DNA of 63,905 nucleotides, counting the filler, from Octopus bimaculoides (lineage: Eukaryota), in NCBI RefSeq assembly GCF_001194135.2. It is 5 parts of 4 records of this genome, joined end to end, with 100 filler letters (N's around TTAATTAATTAA, not from the genome) between each part and the next. Parts side by side here need not be neighbours in the genome. Positions count along the whole stretch, not along the records: positions 12,106 to 26,434 come from NC_068982.1; 4 more parts are not named here. One strand, 5' to 3'. This document shows positions 12,331 to 25,822 of this stretch, piece by piece. Position numbers and translations under genes: made by a program. Position 1 is the first letter of the stretch, and every line of letters starts with the position of its first letter. The notes below the pieces were generated by a model. The model was not told the DNA's origin. It searched no databases and was given only the letters and a program-made list of their open reading frames with translations.

Positions 12331-12762
12331 ACAGCAGTTTGCAACGTTTCACCGAGAAGGAAAACTATAATCGTCACTAAATGTGACTAGAGTGTTATAA
12401 ACACCTATATTACTACAAATAAGGCCTAAAATGCTCTAATATATAGTCATATATACTGAGGTGGACTGTAATCGTACGAAAACACCGTTCGAGAATTCTT
12501 TATACTGACCTTTCAGTTTCAGCAATTTCCGTCGCCTCATCAGGGAAAACTAATTCCGGTCTTAATTCTTTGTTAGTGTATATGTTCTCATCATAGAAAT
12601 CAATGGATGATTTAGCGAATCGCTAATGTGTATACAGAAAAATACAGCAGTTTGCAATGTTTCGCCAAAAAGGAAAACTATAATCGTCACTAAATGTAAC
12701 TAGGGTGTTATAAACACATGCATTACTACATATAAGAGCTAAAATACTCTAATGTTGTAGTC
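12331..12762. repeat. 313-bp unit with about 118-bp terminal direct repeat
   Basis: 12331-12448 is repeated at 12644-12762 (acagcagtttgcaa..ggaaaactataatcgtcactaaatgt..). Confidence 0.85.
12503..12546 (-). ncRNA. Hammerhead-like motif with canonical core; stem I not evident
   Basis: CTGATGA|ggcga-cggaaa-ttgct|GAA|actga-aagg-tcagt|A. Confidence 0.45.
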
Positions 12763-13359
12763 AAAACATATAATTGTGTGCATATGTATGTGTGTGTGTG
12801 TGCATGTGTTTGTTTGTGTGTGTGAGTGTGTGTATACACATTCATGAGACCAACACTCCCTAACCATTAAGCCACACGCCTCCACAGCGTATTACCAGTG
12901 TACACTACTGTCCTTTCTGTCAAAACATGACCTAGAGATTCGGTTTTGGATATTGATGTAATTAGTCCATTTTCACATACACCAACACTCAAATGAAAAC
13001 TTCTAAGATAATGTATTTGTTTCATAATTTGCATTAAAACTAGTTTACAAATTATATTCAAACCATTCTATATTTTAAATGAAATTATCATTCTTTTTGT
13101 GCTATAGTGAAAACTGTACTGCTTCTCTTCTCTTTGAGGCAAGAAAATTATCCTGCAATCTTGAAGCTCTTTGATGGCTATTTCATTTCAAAATAACCTA
13201 ATTGCTTAAATTGTAGCGTGAATGATTTTGATATAATGGTTTCAAGCGGTAAATTTAACAAATATACAATATCATTCAGCACTACTTACAGTGTACTAAA
13301 ATTATGCATTATACCTAATTCGGGTCTGATTTTCAAACGAACATTTTCATGTATAGTTT

Positions 13360-13399
<40 letters not shown>

Positions 13400-14089
13400 T
13401 ATATAATTGCTTCATATCTTATGCCTGTGCTTTGTGTTTTTTTAGAAAGTAGTAACCAAAAACAAAAACAAAATCAAGGCTACATGAGAATATTGCCTTG
13501 TGCTGATGAAATGCAAAATACATTTCTAGTGAAAATATTTTATTTATTTGTTTTGCAAAATAACTTGATATACCATAATTAAAGCTATCTTTACATCAAA
13601 CATGAGCATGAACGAAATAAGAGACGAACTTCTAAGTGAANNNNNNNNNNNNNNNNNNNNNNNNNNNNNNNNNNNNNNNNNNNNNNNNNNNNNNNNNNNN
13701 NNNNNNNNNNNNNNNNNNNNNNNNNNNNNNNNNNNNNNNNNNNNNNNNNNNNNNNNNNNNNNNNNNNNNNNNNNNNNNNNNNNNNNNNNNNNNNNNNNNN
13801 NNNNNNNNNNNNNNNNNNNNNNNNNNNNNNNNNNNNNNNNNNNNNNNNNNNNNNNNNNNNNNNNNNNNNNNNNNNNNNNNNNNNNATATATGTGTGTGTG
13901 TGTGTGTGTGTGTGTATGTATATATGTATATGTATTTCTTAAACTACGCTACGACGAGAAATATTCAATGGATTAACTTTATCGGGAGAATTGTAACAAT
14001 AGAAATATTTACATCCACATTCCGTTTCGATAGATTTGATTTCCTATCATCTCAGCTGTGTATTCCTGGATTTTACATATCTTTAATAG

Positions 14090-14310
14090 CCCTAGACATG
14101 GCTATGTAGTTAAGGAGCTCACATTGCAACCACTTGGTTTCGAGCTCAGTTTCATTACACGGCACCTTGGGTAAGCATTTTTCTCTCCTGTACCTTCGAG
14201 CCAGCCAATGCCTTGTAAGTGAATCTACAGGCAGAAATTGCGTGGAAGCCCGTCGTATACGTATATGTGTGTTCCTCCCACAACCATTTGGCAACCGACG
14301 TTGGTTACTT
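14090..14310 (+). mobile_element. CORE-type SINE, diverged
   Basis: ggcaccttgggtaagcattttct...gccttgtaagtgaat...gaagcccgtcgtata; homologous to 12143-12312. Confidence 0.65.
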
Positions 14311-14710
14311 TACCGCCCGTTGTTATTATTACTATGCTACTGATCCCAATGAAAGCTTGCTGGTACAAATTGAGAAGGTATGGTTGGTAGAATGTTAGCT
14401 TCTTGTGCTAATATCCAACGATCAAGTCTATTCCAGGTACTTTTCCATCCTGGTATTTCTGGATTACACTGGATCTTCACTCCAGATATTCCTCCAGGAG
14501 TTATGTCTTCTTCTGAAGGAGCTTCCGTGATATTTATTGCTCCTCCTCTCATGTCTACTGTGTGCATGAAAATTTTTAGCATCATGTCAAATACCTATTT
14601 CAATCCCAGGAGTTTTAACCTATCTTTTATTTGTAAATAGCAATATACTCCTTGTTTTGATCAGTGTGTAAATAAAGGTTCGCTAGATAAAACCTCCTAC
14701 ATGTGTAATA

Positions 14711-15200
14711 CGAGTTGGTATCAGAAGTTCCTGGATTAGTGGTGTAGCGCGTCAACTGACGACAGCACACGGTTGTGTGCGTAGTGACAGTGACCTTAAT
14801 GAGGCAGTGTGCCAAGTGACATCACCATGTTTATTTGTCAAGTTGCGAAATTTCTGCTTTTTGTGACCACACGTATGCTGTAATCTGCGATTTTTGTCAT
14901 GGACAGGAAGTGGGAACAAAACGCCAACGTGAATTTTTGGGTTAAACTTGGGATGTCTGCTACAGCGACATTGCGCATGCTTCGGATAGCTTACGGCAGC
15001 AAGGCAGTGGATTGTACGCAATGATTCGAGTGGTACGTCCGCTTCAAAAGGCACGAAAGAACTGCATCTCTATCAAGAGCATGCTCATCCTTATTTTTCA
15101 ACATCCACGGTATTGTGCATCGAAAATTCTTGCCACAGGGCAAGATCGTCAATCGAGAGGGCCTAAAAAAAGTAATGCGTTGACTTCTAATACAAGTACA
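14711..15200 (+). mobile_element. Internally deleted mariner element
   Basis: TA plus TIR-like cgagttggtatcagaagttcctgga. ATG 14899 gives MDRKWEQNANVNFWVKLGMSATATLRMLRIAYG..FEWYVRFK, joined directly to SIKSML..FFNIHGIVHRKFLPQGKIVN. Confidence 0.8.
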
Positions 15201-16353
15201 TGCAAGATAATTGTGACTACGAGAGAAACAATTTCTTTCAGGTAAAGCCCAGCAAGAAGTGAAGAATGTCCTGATGATTTATTTATGAACATAACAAAGC
15301 AACGTTTTACTGAAGCGCACACACTTATGTATCGCCGAGTTAGACCGCATCATAGATATTCTCATATGGAACAAATATTCCGATTAGTAGCTAAACAACA
15401 TATGATATTAATATTTTAAGAACTTGTGAAGTGATATATCATACATAACCGCAACAAGATTAAGTACTGGAATAATGTTAACTCTTGTTTGAACAGAATT
15501 TGCTGTAGAAAGTGCCTGAGAATGTTCTGGAGAATTTACAAATCCAGTACCCGAGTTGCGAACTTTGTAGAGTCAAGATATATGTAGTAAGTGGATTTGA
15601 AAATTTGGGAAATTATCACGCTGTTAATTTATCGATTGATAAAACCAACTTGCTAATTGAAGATGCATCTAATAAATTTGAAACACGCGGTGTGCCCTGG
15701 TGACAGTTATTCTAAGGAAGATTATCATTTTTCAGATAAATCTTGAGGTCAGAAGTTTGAATTTTAAATCGGAGGAAATTGCATAGAATAATCATATTCA
15801 ATTTATAAGGAAAAATTAATTAATCAATTGATATTTCCTTATTAACTCGTTGTTTACTCTTTCTATCACAACTTTCATTCAATTTATTGCATTCCCATCT
15901 CATATCATGTCTCTTTCTGACTATTTTCTAATTCGATATCACCTCATGTACATCTGTACATCTCTCTATATACACCTTTATCTCTCTATATACACCTTTA
16001 TCTCTCTCCATTATCCCTTACTCTCTCACTTTCTCTCTCTCACTTTCTCTCTTAGTCTCATGTCGTTCAACCATTACCTCCCATTCATAAGTGATACGAA
16101 ATTACTTTACTGTTACAAAAAATTAAGGGCGTCAGGGTTCCGAGTATCTGTAATCCACTGGATGTTGCTTCAGAGAAAAAGAGTTTGTGTTTATAACCTC
16201 ATTAGTTGAAATGTTTTTTTAACGCAATAAACTGTATTTTATAAATTTGGAATTCAGACAAACATAAATACTGAGGTCACTAATTATATACATACATGTA
16301 CTTATACAAACATACATCGATGTATGTTAGTATTTATGTATGTTACTACGTAG

Positions 16354-16566
16354 TATGTATGCATGCATGCATGCATGTATGTATGTATGTATGTATGTAT
16401 GTATGCATGTATGTATGTATGTATGTATGTATGTATGTATGTATGCATGTATGCATGTATGTATGTATGTATGTATGTATGTATGTATGCATGCATGCAT
16501 GTATGTATGTATGTATGTATGTATGCATGTATGTATGTATGTATGTATGTATGTATGCATGTATGT
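16354..16566. repeat. (TATG)n microsatellite with CATG interruptions
   Basis: Read directly from the sequence. Confidence 0.98.
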
Positions 16567-16979
16567 ATTAACACACATATACATAGAAGCTGGTGATCAA
16601 ATCTAATCAGAAATGACAAGAAAATATAGAATTTTCCCTGCGATTAACTCGTTTATAAATGCTTCTTATTGAATTCATTGTGGAATACATACTTATCAAA
16701 ATCAAACTTTCTTCAGACAGATCAGAAATTAGATTTTTATCTGATATATTGGCATTGCGGATGAAAAGATCATAAAGATGAAATGTACTGAATATCACCT
16801 TAGGTTTTTTTTATAAATATATAAGCGTAAGAAATAGCTACAAATAAATGAAGTTTTCTGAACGAAAGAGCTACAAAAAGGTAAGCCACCGAGTACATTT
16901 TTTTATTTTGTAAAACAACGAACAAAAAAAGCAAGAGAATAAAGTAATATGTATTTTGCATTTATTATTATTGGTTTTC

Positions 16980-17230
16980 AAGGCGGTGAGCTGGCAGAAA
17001 CATTAGCACGTCGGACGAAGTGCCTAGTGGTATTTCACCCGTCGCTACGCTCTGAGTTCAAATTCCGCCCAGGTCGACTTTGCTTTTCATCCTTTCGGGG
17101 TTGATAAATTAAGTACCGGTAAATTAAGTTGATAAATTAAGTACCGGTAAGTACTGGGGTCGATCGAATCGAGTGGCCCCTCCCCCAAAATTTCTGGCCT
17201 AGTGCCTATAGTAGAAAGGATTGTTATTAT
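16980..17230 (+). mobile_element. Nin/Deu-core SINE, full length, with a 23-bp internal duplication
   Basis: aggcggtgagctggcagaa head plus core; gttgataaattaagtaccggtaa occurs at both 17100 and 17128. Confidence 0.85.
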
Positions 17231-17599
17231 TTTCTTCTTGCTGCTATGCGTATGTATTTAGCGTGTTAACGCACCAAGGCACGTCGTTGTAACCAACTTG
17301 AATATTCTACTCACAGTCATAACCACGGGGAATACCAATCCATTGGAATATGTTTTAACCAAATAGAATTAGAATTCAAATGTAATATGCAATGTAATAT
17401 GAGCGCCATATTTTTTATGCAATTAATATATATTTGAGTAATATGTGTGTCATTGTTTGTTGTTTATAATATGAATTCCTTTCATATAGTAGTTAACAAA
17501 GAAACAACGGTACATCGAGGAAAATTAGATTTTAATTATTTATTTCATTGGATTTTGTTTTTACACTAGCTTGGTCGCAAGGCAGGTACATTCCCTATG

Positions 17600-18200
17600 A
17601 CATTTACAAAATCTCTGTGATGGGCGAGCTCGATGCTATTAATTTTCCTTTACAATTTGACTGATAAATATCTACAGTAAAGACATGAGTAAGAAAATTC
17701 CGGGAAATCGGTTTTCTGGAGAAATGGAATGAGCATGGTGGTTCATTCTTAGGAATTTAGGCATATCAACAGTGACAAGACGTGGTACTACAAATGAGAA
17801 GTCGGGAGTGCCTGGGTGTCGGACGTACAAAACGAACCAATTCTGAAGAGAGAAGCCGTTAAATTAGCGATGAAACACAGAGAAGTAAGGTAGCACGCCT
17901 ATGGCTAGAGGCTAAAATGTGTGCGTTAACGACTGAATTCCAATTACTTGAATGGCCCTTCGATGGATGAGGTCTGGAATTTCAGAAATACAAGTAACTC
18001 CAACCGAATACATATGTTCTCTAATGTTTTCAATTATTTGAATACTTCTTTTGAGGAAGAGGCTAATTTCTATCAAGGATACAATGCTCCATCGTTGGAA
18101 CGCAGACAACAAAAGCATATTCATATCTTGAACTTTGTAAAAACAAGCATACTTTTAGTTTTGTATTCACAGATTGTATTTCTACCAGTTGGTTCATCGA
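17600..18200 (-). mobile_element. CR1/L2-type LINE RT C-terminal remnant
   Basis: ..IREHMYSVGV..EIPDLIHRRAIQVIGIQSLTHTF, resembling the LDRIQRRAIRLIG..LTxxL segment of CR1-like RTs. Confidence 0.5.
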
Positions 18201-18668
18201 TTTCTTTTTCTATAAACCTTAGCTTATCCAGATTGTCGCTTACGCATATACGCACAAAAACAAGTGCTCCAATTATTTATTGGTATAGATATGAATTAAT
18301 AATTAGGGCATAGAAGCTGGAAGTTTCAAAGCAGTTGTCCGTAGTTATCTTCTTTCTCTGATTTTCGAAGAGATATGTTCACTAGCAGTTTAACTTACCT
18401 CTGAGAAGGTACATACTTTTCTTGTCTGCCTCAAACAGCAATATCTTGCAATATATTTCGTAGAATTTTGTGATAACAGCAGCGGTTTGTTTACATTATT
18501 TTTGATTTACTTTATTTTAGAATTGGATAAATACACTGGTTACTGTTTTAGGTTGGAGAAGTTGGCGTAATTGTAGAACAAAAAAAAAACGCCCAAACAG
18601 GAATTTTAAAGGTGCTCCACGTCTGCAAGTCTGATGTTGACGTTGCTACATGGGTGCATCATACAGCC

Positions 18669-18699
<31 letters not shown>

Positions 18700-19428
18700 T
18701 GTATGTATGTTTGTATGTGAATATTATAATAATTGTATAGCGATAATATTAATTCCTGTTGATTTATTATTAATTCATTAATATTCGTCCGTAATTTTTG
18801 TCGTTTGCGTTTTAATTTCCGATCAGAAACCAACAGCAATTTATTGCAGAATATTGACCACAATTACTCTTTTATAATTTGCTCATAAAGTTAAAAATCA
18901 CTTACTATTTTAACGAGGCTTAAAGATTTAAAGAAAATCGAGAATGGTTTTCAAAATGAATGTTTCCTTCGAAATTCTCTTCTTAAACTATCGTTACTAT
19001 TTCTGCATTGATTTATTTCATAAAAGTAAACCACAGCATGATTTATAACATATAGATCGATGACAGTACGCACCATACTAAATAATTATTTATTCACATT
19101 TCTCAGACAGGCTATTCTTAGAGCTGACAGTATGCAGAAAAGGCTTTGTTTGAATAAATGGTTTAGTGTTTGAATGAACGGTTCTGGGCACAATATTACT
19201 GAAATGAAGAATTATTGCGCCTGGAAACAATTTGGAGGGACGTTGACCAAGTTTTATGTGGAATATAAAATGAAAAGAACAAAAGAAGAACAACAAAAAA
19301 ATAAGGAAACGTATGTAAAATACTCTGCTCCTTGATGTGAAATATAGACCTGGAGATATTTCAAAGAATATATTCTAATTTACTATGTCTAGGAAGAGGT
19401 GTATGGAAACATATATGAGTACATTCAT

Positions 19429-19468
<40 letters not shown>

Positions 19469-19936
19469 NNNNNNNNNNNNNNNNNNNNNNNNNNNNNNNN
19501 NNNNNNNNNNNNNNNNNNNNNNNNNNNNNNNNNNNNNNNNNNNNNNNNNNNNNNNNNNNNNNNNNNNNNNNNNNNNNNNNNNNNNNNNNNNNNNNNNNNN
19601 NNNNNNNNNNNNNNNNNNNNNNNNNNNNNNNNNNNNNNNNNNNNNNNNNNNNNNNNNNNNNNNNNNNNNNNNNNNNNNNNNNNNNNNNNNNNNNNNNNNN
19701 NNNNNNNNNNNNNNNNNNNNNNNNNNNNNNNNNNNNNNNNNNNNNNNNNNNNNNNNNNNNNNNNNNNNNNNNNNNNNNNNNNNNNNNNNNNNNNNNNNNN
19801 NNNNNNNNNNNNNNNNNNNNNNNNNNNNNNNNNNNNNNNNNNNNNNNNNNNNNNNNNNNNNNNNNNNNNNNNNNNNNNNNNNNNNNNNNNNNNNNNNNNN
19901 NNNNNNNNNNNNNNNNNNNNNNNNNNNNNNNNNNNN

Positions 19937-19968
19937 TGACGTTTCGAGCTACGCTCTTCAACAGAAAG
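19937..19968 (-). ncRNA. Putative minimal hammerhead ribozyme, truncated by a gap
   Basis: tcttt|CTGTTGAA|gag-cgtag-ctc|GAAA|CGTC|a, with a canonical GUC site. Confidence 0.45.
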
Positions 19969-20057
19969 AATACGGAGACAAGGAGAAAAACACGGAGAAA
20001 AAAAATTGATTGAAAAAAAAAAAAAATTGAATAGTGTTCAGTCAACGGTCAATCATA

Positions 20058-20090
<33 letters not shown>

Positions 20091-20204
20091 TATATGCATA
20101 CACACACACATATATGTAAATGTATGTATATTTCGAATATATATAGTATATGTGTGTGTGCATATGTGTCTTTATATCTATGTGTGCGTGTATATGTGTG
20201 TTTC

Positions 20205-20340
20205 ATTTTGCCTGTGTTTGTTCCCTACCACCGCTTGACAACCGGATTTGGCGTGTTTAGTACCTCGTAACTTAACGGTTCGGCAAAAGAAGCCGATGGA
20301 TATATACCAGTCTGAGTAATTACTTAATAGTAACAATCCT
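20205..20340 (+). mobile_element. SINE 3' portion
   Basis: cgcttgacaaccgg..gtaacttaacggttcggcaaaagaagccgat; a reverse-strand homologue lies at 62320-62495. Confidence 0.55.
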
Positions 20341-20369
20341 AGTGAGTTCAGATTTCGGAGTCGAGTCAA

Positions 20370-22800
20370 GTTCGTGTTAGTGCGCCGTGAAGAAGAAAGG
20401 TGTCGGTTGGTTAGTTCACAATGAATATTGATTGTTGGTTCATAAAGAGATTTGTTAGTTTGTTACATTGTTACATTGACGTATGGTTATCTTACTCATT
20501 GTACATAACGAATTACATTACAACATCGGGCGAGGAGTGTCTTGAAGCTCACATAGGTTATTTAACAATTTGTTCGTGATACAACTTGTTAAATTATAGA
20601 AGACCCAATAGCTTCCAAAGCACCGTTGGAAAAGCAACGAGAGCAGCAACAGGAGTTGCAGAAGCAAGTATTGCAGCAACAAATACAACTGCAATTATTG
20701 GAGTTATATTCAAAGAAACCCAAAATGCGGTTAGTTTCTTATCGCCAGACAACATTTCGATCTCGATTAATGAATTCAGTTATAACCCAGAGGAGGGTAT
20801 AACTTTGATACGTAGTACAGATTGCAAATCATGGTCGGATAAACAAGAAGTGAGATTGTTATTACGAAAATTAGCTCCGTTAGAGCATAAACGTTACTGT
20901 CATTTCATATTGCCCAATACAACCCAATGAAATTTGTTTCAAAGAAATACTAAGAATTACTGTCTAACATATTCGATGATAAAACGTCTCTGTTTAACAC
21001 TCGAATGGAGTGTTGTAATATAACGAAAAAAGAGAACGATGATTTTATCACATACGCAGGAACAGTCAACAAGATGTGTGAAAGTTTTAAACTAAACAAT
21101 GTAGACCTGAGATGATCTAGTGTCTCATTTTCGTACCAGCCCTTACATCAGTCAAAGATACAGTAATTCCGGCAAGAATTCTTTCTAACTGGGAAGAAGC
21201 GAACCAAGATCTAACCTTACAGTCCTTGGCAGAAGAATACCAATGGATGGTAAACCTGAAACTCGGTTTAGAAAAATTCAAGAAAAGGATTCCTCAAAAA
21301 TACAGAAAAGTATAACAAAAAATGAGCACCACGGCCTAATCCATGTTATGGATGTTGAGGCATATATTCCAGAAAAGACCGTCCATTAAAAAATCAAAAG
21401 TGTTACAGTTCCAAAAGAATTGGTCTCAAGAGTTTACACTGCAGAACAAAATTACGAAGATTAAACGTTAAAAATCCTTGAGTGTTCTCTGCAGAAACAA
21501 AAATAGACTCTTAAATAAGAAAATTCGTACACGTAAAAATAAATGGAATACATATTAAACTTCAATTGGATACTGGAAGTGATATTTCAGTAATAAATAT
21601 GGACACATCAAAGAATTATGGTTTCACACTCACTGAAGAATATTACAAGAATGAAAGAAACGTTGAAAAATAAACATAATAAAATTACAAATTCAAATAA
21701 TTTCTCACTATACGACGATGTTTAATGTATGCGCAGAGCGTAGTAGTACCAACTGCACGATCGAAACCAGTATTGCAACAATTCCTCTGTGGGTATACTG
21801 GAATGTCCAACAGGAAAGCTTTAATGAGAAGCTTTGTATATTGGCCGACTATGGACAGGTACATCTAGGAATTGGTGAAAGCATGCAGACGTTGCGCGTT
21901 GGAAATCACAGCACCACCAGTAAAATACCAATCGTAGCCGGAGACTGAGAGCACATGGACTAGTGAATATTATCTATTCGCTGTGGATAGCTATACAAAG
22001 TGGCCAGAGGGATGCAAATATAATAAGCCCACAGCAAAGACAACAATAAAATTCCTACTCGAGTTATTTGCTCGATGCGGTGTTCCAGACCTCTTACTTT
22101 CAGATAATGGAATACAATTCACGGGATATGATTTAAGAGATTTCTGCAAAATACATGTGATAAAGCTAGATAATGACGAGGCACTAACGAAATTTTTGAA
22201 AATATATAGAATAACGCCAAATCCAAATGCTAATTCTGGAAAGTCACCAGCAAAGTTAATGTTCGCGAATAAAATAAAATCGATCGTCAATAAATTATTG
22301 CCAAGAAAAAATATATATAAAGGAAAGACAAAAATATATTCGAAGGAATTACATGAAATCTTAAAAAAACATTTGGAAGGAGGAGAAAGTTTATCTAAAA
22401 AAATTTACTAAAATGGTAAATAAGGTTGGGAGGAGGGCAGTGTGATCAAAAATTAGGTAACATGATGTATTTGATTAAAGGACAACGTTCGTAACGTAAG
22501 AGACACCTTAAACAGTTAAAGATGAGATATACAGAAGAACGAAGGGTAATACAAATGGAAGTTCTATGATATGTTTAATGTACCAGCAACGAGAGATTTT
22601 GAATCCCGTAATACTAGCTTCAGAAAATGAAAACAGACTGAATATCTGAAAGTAATACCTAAAGGAGTGAAAGATCATGGGTGATCACAATTCAGTGTAG
22701 ATCCATGAATTCAAAAGGGTGTGCCGGAGTGAGATCATTTGGTGTCAGTTTTGTCTGTCAAGATCTTCGGCTACAGAAGACCATATGGCGCCCAGAAAGG
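20370..22800 (+). mobile_element. Decayed Ty3/gypsy LTR retrotransposon lacking RT/RNase H
   Basis: LTR end ..acaaca plus PBS-like tcggcgaggag at about 20525; gag INEFSYNPEEGIT; protease IKLQLDTGSDISVIN; integrase AVDSYTKWPE..LFARCGVPDLLLSDNGIQFT; PPT-like aaaaggg at about 22713. Confidence 0.85.
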
Positions 22801-23599
22801 AGGGTTTTTTTCTCACAGTACTGTTATGAATAGTGTAAGTGTAGTTACTAAACCTTAAGAAATATAAGGTAAAATTATAACCTTGATTTGATTTCTTGTA
22901 GTTTACGTTATACCTTCTCGTATTGTTCCGACCTTATTCAAGAAACCTCTTTAAAGTTATTTTAATTTTTTTTTTTTTATATATATTGCATATTATTATT
23001 TTATATTTTATTGTATATCATTATATTATGACTCTGATATAATATCTGGTCTCTGGTTGTTGGGGATCCTCTGAATAGGGTCGTACTATTAGTAATCACT
23101 AAATCATAGGGTTGACTAGAAGCTATAGCTTGGTTAAGGTAACTAGCCTCAGAGATGGCAAAATCTGAAATAAAAGCCTGAAACGCCTGGAATTTTTGGC
23201 CTTCTAATTTCATGTCGCACTAGTGAAATCTTCTGTGGCCAAAAAGTGGAGTTAGTTCTGTGCACGCTCTGTCCGCTTAAAACATGTTCATCAGTGCAAT
23301 AACGTTTTGCAAACTACAGTCACAAATAACATCAGCTATATGGTTAGCAGTAACCGTAAATGCACATTAAACTCATTTGAAATGTTTCAGACAAAGCTGC
23401 TCAATGAGAACAATTAATTAGAGAGGATAGGTAAACAGGTCCGACTAGGCAGGTGCCCCTGATACTTTGGTTAATCAACAGGAAAGAAGGGTAAAAATGA
23501 GGAAAAATTGATTGTTGGAATGTACGTACTAGTCAATGTACGTACTAGTCAATGATAATTTGATTCAAAGATCAGAAAGACAAATCACATCGATAGCTT

Positions 23600-25390
23600 A
23601 TGAACTGCTAGAAACTCATCAGATCTTTTGAATATTATCCAAGTGGTTCCTCAAACCATATTATGTCATACCATCTACATCAGAATGAAAATAGAGATAC
23701 CTTACCTATGAGACGTGTTTACGCCCCCACAGTGTTATCCAAAGAAGTATGAACGCTTCTACAACAAACTTGAAATATTGGAAAGAAACGTACCAGCTTC
23801 TAATAGGCTCGTAATTATGGGTGTCTTCAAGTGGAGGGTTGGTTCTAATTTCATTACATGGCCTGCTTTGGGTAAAGATGATGTAGAAAACTGTCAGCGG
23901 AATGGTGTTTCATTCCTTCCATTTAGCATTGAACATCCATTTGTAATACAAAAAATACACACTTTATTTGAAAGAAAATAAATATAAAACAATTGGATGC
24001 ATCCAGTGCCTAAGAATTAGCTTTTCATTGATTGTATTTTAGAGAAAATCTGTATTGTAAACGTTGTATGTTGTGTGACCACAGTGAGTGATGAAGAATG
24101 CCTGATGATCCTCGACTAGTCAGAGCCAAATTCAATCCAACAATAAGAGGAAGAGTTAGATACTTTGCGACTTAATTACTAAAGAAACTCATGCTATCCA
24201 CAATTTTTTAATGCTGTAGGAAGTATGACACTTAATCCGAGCAATCCTTAGAAAGCTTTCAAAATAAAAGTCATCCATGTAACATTTGCATCAGTTGGTA
24301 TGAAATCAAAGAGTTCCAATGAGTGGGTTACAGATAACAATCCTGAAATGTGTGGCTTACTTAAGGATAAACAAATTCCGTTAAAAACTTTTTCCATCAA
24401 TCAATTCTAATTCTAATGATTATAAACAACTAAAAGAAAAGTTACAACATGCTTTGAGGAATGTTAAGTAGCAATGGTGGTAAGACAAATCCAAACAAGC
24501 ACAAGCAGCAGTAGTTATTAAGAATACTAAGGCATTTATCACTTACATTACACGAGTATATAGTCCACAATGTTCTTCAATAGCATCGGTAAGAAATACA
24601 AATCATCGCTCACTCTTGACTAATATTGTTGCTCCATCAGAATTGTTAAGTAGAACACTTCTCTAAGTTCCTTAACTGGCCCTGTAATGTTAAAACAACA
24701 GAAAGGTACCAAATTTTAGATTAAATGACACCATAACCAACTAGAAATTACATTGCTTTTGCTATACAAAAATTAAATAATAAATTTTCTGGCTTGGATG
24801 CTATTAATACTGAGGTTCACAAGGGTAGAGGTGACAGAATGGTATAACTTTCATACACAATAATATCTCATTGCTGAGGAAAGAAGGAGAAACTGCAAAA
24901 CAGGGTCGTCTTTATTTTGGTCTCCCTTTTCAACTTGGTGCCAACTACCAATGCGGTAATTTCAGGGACATTTCTTGTCTGTTATTGGCACTGTTGCAGC
25001 ACGTGTCCTTTTGAAGAAGCTTAATAAGTTCATAGTGCCAATGGTCGTATCAGAATAAGTGTGGCTTGAGAGTTGAAAGATACATTAATGATACGATCTT
25101 CACAATCAGACAACTGCAAGAAAAATGTATCGATCAACTCACTGTCTACCATTTTATGTTGATATCAGTAAGGCATAAGTTGAAAGTACTTCATAAAGGC
25201 ATTACACCCAATGTAAACTAGCTGTTGGGGCACCCTTCCTGAGTCATTTGTAGTGGAGACTGATGTGAAGGATGTAGACTTGGATGCGTGTACTCTCTTT
25301 AAAATATGTTTTTGCTGCCATATTCTATTATCGTCTCAAAGACAAAATTGGGGCATACGTGGAAGTTATCGTGTTGCAAAAAGTGCCTTT
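23600..25390 (+). mobile_element. Old, heavily decayed RTE LINE (APE endonuclease and RT)
   Basis: VYAP....YERFYNKL..NVPASNRLVIMGVF..RVG; SGLDAINTEV; CGNFRDIS; DTIFTIRQLQEKCIDQ; YVDISKA. Confidence 0.75.
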
Positions 25391-25708
25391 AATCTAGCAA
25401 GGATGGAATGTAAGTGCGAAATATTTAATTAAAAAACAAGAGACCTCCTGTATCACTGTGACCATCATGCAAAGGATGTATTGTAGGGGGCAGCGGTTTT
25501 GAAGGATTAGAAAAAAAATCAGAGAAAAAGAGAAAAAGTACAGGGGAGATAAACGAGTGAAATATAGTGGAAAGTTAAGAAAGAGAGGGCCAAGAAATGT
25601 GAGAGAGAGGGAGCGAGAAAAAGGAAGAAAAGTGAGAGGGGGAGTAATAGATAGAGTAAAAGTCGTACAAAATTTAGATACATACCTCCTATAAGGTNNN
25701 NNNNNNNT

Positions 25709-25727
25709 AGATAGATAGATACATACA

Positions 25728-25761
<34 letters not shown>

Positions 25762-25822
25762 CATACATGCATACATACATACATACATACATACATACAT
25801 ACATACATACATACATACATAC
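25709..25822. repeat. (AGAT)n(ACAT)n microsatellite
   Basis: Read directly from the sequence. Confidence 0.95.

Noticed and set aside
14010-14060. Minus-strand ctgagatgatag..ctatcgaaac hammerhead-like string
   Set aside because: The core carries a deletion and stem I does not pair; at best a dead relic.
16296-16619. Multiple MYVC/HTYI-repeat ORFs (similar ones at 25394-25883, 31351-31970, 35009-35703 and 52672-53848)
   Set aside because: These are translations of microsatellites and N-runs.
17100-17150. 23-bp duplication inside a SINE
   Set aside because: Simple slippage or template jump; recorded in the SINE feature only.
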